From Malacoraja senta (lineage: Eukaryota), in assembly GCA_038087875.1 (NCBI GenBank), contig CM076002.1, positions 434,001-498,000 of the forward strand: 64,000 nt of DNA, read 5' to 3'. The position numbers and the translations under genes are program-made. Within the stretch, counting starts at the first letter, position 1. Each line of letters begins with the position of its first letter. Below are positions 62,319 through 64,000 of this stretch, piece after piece. The notes below the pieces were generated by a model, which was given only the letters and a program-made list of their open reading frames with translations, did no database searches and had not been told where the DNA came from.

Positions 62319-63844
62319 CTTTTTAAATTTTTTTTAAATTTTTTTTAAAATTAATTTTATTAGAAGTTAATACAGTACAAAACAATACAGTGGTACCTAA
62401 TTTTAGGTGCCAACTATGTCATAACGTAATACATTCTATGTACAACCTCTAGTTTTATGTTTTTGAAAAGGAAGTAAAAAAAACAAAAAATAGAGAGAAG
62501 AAAAAGAGGAAATATAGATAGTAGAAAATAGAAAAACGTGAAGTGTGTATATAAGAAAAGAAAAAGTAGAAAGTAGAAATAGGAGAAAAAAACCCTTAAA
62601 AAAGAAAATTTCAAATCTTTGTTCGGAGATGTAAATCTATCCACGACCTGACCTGAAATCAGTAATCTTTACGGTACTGCTGCATCACATGATTCCAAAA
62701 AGTCGATGAAAGGGGACCAACTCCTTAAGAATTGGTCATATTTATTTATTAGGCGGAGTCTCATTTCTTCAAGGTGTGCTATGTCCGTCATATTCCTAAT
62801 CCACATTTTAATAGTTGGTATAGCTGTATTTTCCAAAATTTAAGTAGCAATTTCTTTCCAATTATTAACCCATAATTAAAGAATACTTTTTGGTCTTTGT
62901 TTAAATTGATATCTTCTACTATTATTCCAAATATAATCCATTCCGTATTAGGTTCTATTCTTGACTTGAAGAGCTTTGTAAATATATCAAATATATCGCT
63001 CCAAAATGTATTCAACTTTGTACACCCTACAAATGAATGTGTTATATTGGCAATTTGAAACAAACATTTATCGCATCTGGGAGAGACGTTTGGGTAGAAT
63101 TTATTCAACCTCGTTTTTAAATAATATAGTCAATGTAATAATTTAAATTGAATTAAATTATGTCTTGCATTAATGGAACAATTATGTGTGTTCATCAGAT
63201 ACGTTTCCCATCTATCTTCCGGGATCTTTACCATTAGTTCATGTTCCCAATCTTCTCTTAGTGCCTCTGTTGAGGGTAATTCTCTATTTAATATACTATT
63301 ATAAAAATATGATATTAGTTTTTGTGAATCAGCCTTAATATTCATTGCTTCTTCTAAAGGGTCTAAAAATATAGTTTGAAATCTATGTATATATTTCTTC
63401 ATAAAGTCACATATCTGTATATATTTAAAATATTGATTATCATTCAATTTAAATTTTGATTTTAATTGTTGAAATGATAACAATTTGCCCAATTCATACA
63501 TATCTCCTACTTTCCTAATCCCCAGTCTATCCCATTGTTTATATGTTTTGTCGATAAGAGATGGTTTGAATGCAGGATTGTTCAATATTGGGGTTAGTAC
63601 TGATAGATTATTTAATTTCAAGGATAATTTTTTTTGTTTCCAAATTCTTATTGTATTGTGAATAATTGGGTTCTTCTTATATATTATACTATTCAATTTT
63701 ATCGGTGAGAACAAGATCGTTCCTATATCATACGGGAAACACTCCTCTTTCTCCATTCTTATCCACTCCGACTGGTGAGTGGAACTATCCAACCAGTACA
63801 TTATGTTCTTAATATGCACTGCCCAGTAGTAATACGTAAAGTTA
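62319..63844 (-). mobile_element. L1-clade 3' portion inserted in the DIRS
   Basis: Poly-T at 62320-62360; ORFs 63130-63984 (part) and 62788-63108 (CDKC..THSFVGC). Confidence 0.92.
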
Positions 63845-64000
63845 AGGCTCTGTCTTACGTGTTTGCGGTCATCGGCGGTGAAGCGCGGCTTCGCCTGTAG
63901 AGTGGACCGCACGGCAACAGCGAGAGCGCCGAGCCTATCTACGGGAGCGCCGCATGGATGTTGCGCGGGGGCCGAGTGATTCAAATACGGCTGGTCCCAC
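63845..64000. mobile_element. PIF/Harbinger MITE end, same family as 30537-31055 in opposite orientation
   Basis: After TTA: AGGCTCTGTCTTACGTGTTTGCGGTCATCGGCGGTGAAGCGCGGC.. matches the reverse complement of about 30960-31055. Confidence 0.85.

Overview
This is eukaryotic, gene-poor vertebrate DNA made almost entirely of nested, decayed transposable elements. The dominance of CR1 LINEs with (CTATGTTT)n/(CTATTGT)n/(TTATATGG)n tails suggests a cartilaginous fish such as a skate, ray or shark (inference). No intact host gene is supported. Content: about 20 CR1 pieces of several subfamilies, L2, a Crack/Daphne-like LINE, Rex1/Babar pieces, five L1-clade pieces, a Penelope-like element with hammerhead-ribozyme cores, two DIRS tyrosine-recombinase retrotransposons, two PIF/Harbinger MITEs, a hAT-Charlie transposase relic, a probable non-autonomous Helitron, minisatellites and a 200-N gap. 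One DIRS copy is structurally complete, with ITRs, ICR and an ATT crossover core. The most interesting signals are architectural: (1) a roughly 12-kb circularly permuted block (about 4.5-16.8 kb) compared with its unpermuted paralog at 44.6-46.9 kb; (2) a head-to-head Crack+L1 chimera flanked by an approximately 840-bp direct duplication; (3) covarying DIRS ICR and terminus sequences in two subfamilies; (4) several templated or snap-back junctions; (5) a duplicated non-TE block with conserved splice signals around a 12-nt micro-exon. Family assignments come from motif recognition by eye, and most element boundaries are approximate.
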